A DNA stretch of 64,000 nucleotides, from the IMG/VR virus record IMGVR_UViG_3300011862_000003, one strand, 5' to 3'. This document shows, in pieces, positions 62,401 to 64,000 of this stretch (position 1 is the first letter of the stretch; each line of letters begins with the position of its first letter). Under the pieces are notes generated by a model. The model saw nothing but the letters and a program-made list of their open reading frames with translations, did not search any database and was not told where the DNA came from. The translations under genes and the position numbers were made by a program. The stretch comes from an uncultured virus (IMG/VR IMGVR_UViG_3300011862_000003) (lineage: Duplodnaviria; Heunggongvirae; Uroviricota; Caudoviricetes).

Positions 62401-64000
62401 CTGATATGTTTATTGAATTATTTAAATACCATGGTGGTAAAAAGATTAATCCAAAAACAGGTAAATTTGATGAAGCCTATACTTTTGCATACCATAATAT
62501 CGGTATGGGAGGAGGAGATGAGATAGGTGCATACCTAAGTAATGGTAAGGCAAACCCTACTTCACAATCAGCTAAGAATGCTATGACAGGTAATCGTGCT
62601 TCTCACAGTAATACCAATGCTTCGTGGTATAGCATCTTTAGTCAAAAATTTGCGAATATTAATCCAGACCTTATCATGAAAACAAGTAGTGCAGAAGGTA
62701 TTCCATTAAAGTCTGCAAGTAATCAAGCAGTTTTAAGCTCTACAGGTACTAAAGCCAATGCACAAAATTTAGTTAATACTGCAATGTCTAGAGTGGCATC
62801 AGGTAATAAAACTGATAATATTTTAATGCTACAGAAAAATACTGTACAACAAAATAAACAAGTACAAAGTACACCTAAGGCTATACAACAAGTTGGTACT
62901 AAATTAAACGGTACCGTTAAAAATGTTGTAGATGGAGATACATTTGATTTTGCATACGTAGCTAACGGTAAAACTATAGTACAACGTATTCGTTTACAAG
63001 GAGTAGAGACAGAAGAGACATCTCAGAATGCAAAATATAATGAAAAGACAAGAGATTGGGGAGAAGTAGCTAAAGTAGAATTAGGTAATATGCTGAGGCC
63101 GGGATCTAAAGTTTCTGTCAGTATAACTAATAATGATCAGAAAGAGTATCAAGAAGGAGATAGTACTGGAAGGCTTGTAGGTGTTGTAACTACTGCAGAT
63201 GGAAAAGATCCTGGGTTAGAATTATTTAAACAAGGTCTTGCAAGACCTTTTGAAGGGTTAGCAGTATCAAGAGAATATAATGAGGCTCTTAAAGCTGCAC
63301 AAAATGCTGGTAAAGGTCAATGGAGTAAGCAAACCGTTGAAGAATATAACTCAGCACAAGCAAAAAAAGCTACAAGTTCCAAGAAATATAAAGCTGCAAC
63401 TGCTACAGCAAATGAGTCTGAAATCTCTTCAACAGCTAAATATAATTTTTACCAACCATTTCAAAATGGTGCGAGATTTAAAACATCATCTGATTTTACT
63501 TATGGAAAACCACGTCAAGATATCAAAAGAAATTCACCTCATAATGGTATTGATATAGCATGTCCAGTTGGGACTACAGTAGTTGCTGCTGCTGCAGGTA
63601 TAGCTCAAAAGTCTTTTCAACAAGGTGGTGCAGGGTTGTATGTAAAAATAGATCATGGTAATGGTTTTACAACTACGTACATGCATTTAAGTTCAGCTAG
63701 TGTAAGTTCAGGACAGAGAGTTGCAACTGGTCAACCTATTGGTTTATCTGGTGGTGCTAAAGGTAATGTAAATTCAGGTTCATCTACGGGTCCTCATTTA
63801 CATTATGAAGTTCGTTATAAAGGAAGACCTATACATCCATATTCAACTAAAAAACCTATTAGTGAATATACTTCTGGTGAAATTTATGAGGGAGATGGTA
63901 ATTTAGGTGTAGCTCAGGAATCTAAAGGGCCTTATATGAGTTTGTCATATGATCCTAGACCAAACATTAATGAAGAAAATACAGTATATAATGAAAATGC
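59412..64000 (+). CDS. large baseplate-hub/tail lysin-like protein (runs off window): SLT + SNase nuclease + M23 peptidase
   Basis: GAGGT RBS, ATG at 59412; in-frame VAQVES...GLFQF (about 62181), VVDGDT...RIRLQG (about 62931), HNGID...YMHL...GPHLHYEV (about 63540). Confidence 0.85.
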   Translation, partial: MSDNVLTKEEFIINDIEMGIAPSDIQLFDDNYIFEQSFLRSNSVYCYRSKYSDTKVILNFPFQIGPFQDNDDHNHTENCLKLITELNNYPFCFIKSNRIKTYVSPMMISSTGYLMFAVEELALVQSATASNIMFLEVTLRYFNHVPLTSDFEFVDNNTVIKSGTKALSNKDYLTYEREMLQRVSPIKVSSLKASSVWSDYMNPKINRLYDKLAETKILSATSSSTSELNPGLDVNLYLPMILTNAARAKQLVQEDDGSFIGPDSKSVIVTDIDNIDGMSLPNLLTEMFNQDFRDDEEKKASKEKAENIVKVIDNPYYSPEEVEKRIKKGVMEDNTGKLDKEYEPNSIKTGSKEVFINYSSVSLSQLGFAIQKIEVRKRNMLASHKIGSYKHPVIQYMGKVPSKVVIQFSNPNDGIYEVDDVGIGAFLTNAFQIIDENRLFYPEADVYNHVKIQSLATILLGTESVLPNQNMLSASADQSGIENVIYSFTETNSEEFIKQFQMEASGARSMTKAYEDIFGIVISWLENFKDSMSTGKLSSLSKDPNQVENSLKILSVITETVSKALSELGYKESLDDVAIQYALKLISEGQLALSNENTNLKLHKVTENPLGSGLTLYMSGESYTATLTEKEKKEEVITGNKATGFNGFVQTMLQINSDDIAEAYLPGITEAGKKVAKTEKLKQSGELVQKKVLPGIYASWLSAYSLAILQSRRAAKEGRTTALKNVIFKPSNMFDTYLMNAAALINASVDSDPASAKLSAGQKDFLKNLSDIYIGSLYGQNIEDLHLEDLSPDYSREKDVLIQSTDPFFFIYTPDTLGTEMIDFYNASYGEEKLNPTINAIEDGKNEPAITGADALLNVEYRKISEVDFNAETFPYYNTDGEEYASGYGFQVTMNEDAKRAIESALAKYGLSGDQEFRRYMYKVAQVESAMGTNLKSGTGAAGLFQFTEVAIQQIMMINNKVFAGRGLVNLSKEAAIGPARDLKRQANFSKDFQLSADMFIELFKYHGGKKINPKTGKFDEAYTFAYHNIGMGGGDEIGAYLSNGKANPTSQSAKNAMTGNRASHSNTNASWYSIFSQKFANINPDLIMKTSSAEGIPLKSASNQAVLSSTGTKANAQNLVNTAMSRVASGNKTDNILMLQKNTVQQNKQVQSTPKAIQQVGTKLNGTVKNVVDGDTFDFAYVANGKTIVQRIRLQGVETEETSQNAKYNEKTRDWGEVAKVELGNMLRPGSKVSVSITNNDQKEYQEGDSTGRLVGVVTTADGKDPGLELFKQGLARPFEGLAVSREYNEALKAAQNAGKGQWSKQTVEEYNSAQAKKATSSKKYKAATATANESEISSTAKYNFYQPFQNGARFKTSSDFTYGKPRQDIKRNSPHNGIDIACPVGTTVVAAAAGIAQKSFQQGGAGLYVKIDHGNGFTTTYMHLSSASVSSGQRVATGQPIGLSGGAKGNVNSGSSTGPHLHYEVRYKGRPIHPYSTKKPISEYTSGEIYEGDGNLGVAQESKGPYMSLSYDPRPNINEENTVYNEN

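Noticed and set aside
63280..63558. 92 aa ORF in the track
   Set aside because: Out-of-frame overlap with the long 59412 ORF that carries the SNase and M23 motifs.
1..64000. Specific phage or host assignment; alternative genetic code
   Set aside because: The taxon cannot be established without a search. Long ORFs tile densely under the standard code, so there is no sign of stop-codon reassignment.

Overview
AT-rich segment of a large lytic myovirus (contractile-tail dsDNA phage) genome, arranged as two divergent arms that meet at about 20.9-21.2 kb. The left arm (1-20.9 kb, minus strand) holds mostly small unknown early-type genes, an HNH endonuclease, and a large protein with two-barrel RNA polymerase motifs (KYP...DCDGD). 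The right arm (21.2-64 kb, plus strand) is the late region. It contains lysis genes, an intein-containing terminase-small-subunit candidate, a gp4/TnsA-like nuclease, terminase large subunit, portal, protease/scaffold, capsid, neck, sheath, tube, chaperones and tape measure. It also has a second RNAP-like protein (REP...DFDQD) and a hub-like protein, truncated by the window end, with SLT, SNase and M23 domains. The most striking feature is a family of 11 structured intergenic elements at 4.8-15.4 kb. On the transcript each reads outer stem-AAUU-8 covarying bp-invariant U.G pair-loop-...-UGUG-outer stem, and lies between a stop codon and the next RBS. All annotations come from reading motifs and gene order by eye; no database search was run. 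No tRNA, rRNA or CRISPR array was seen.
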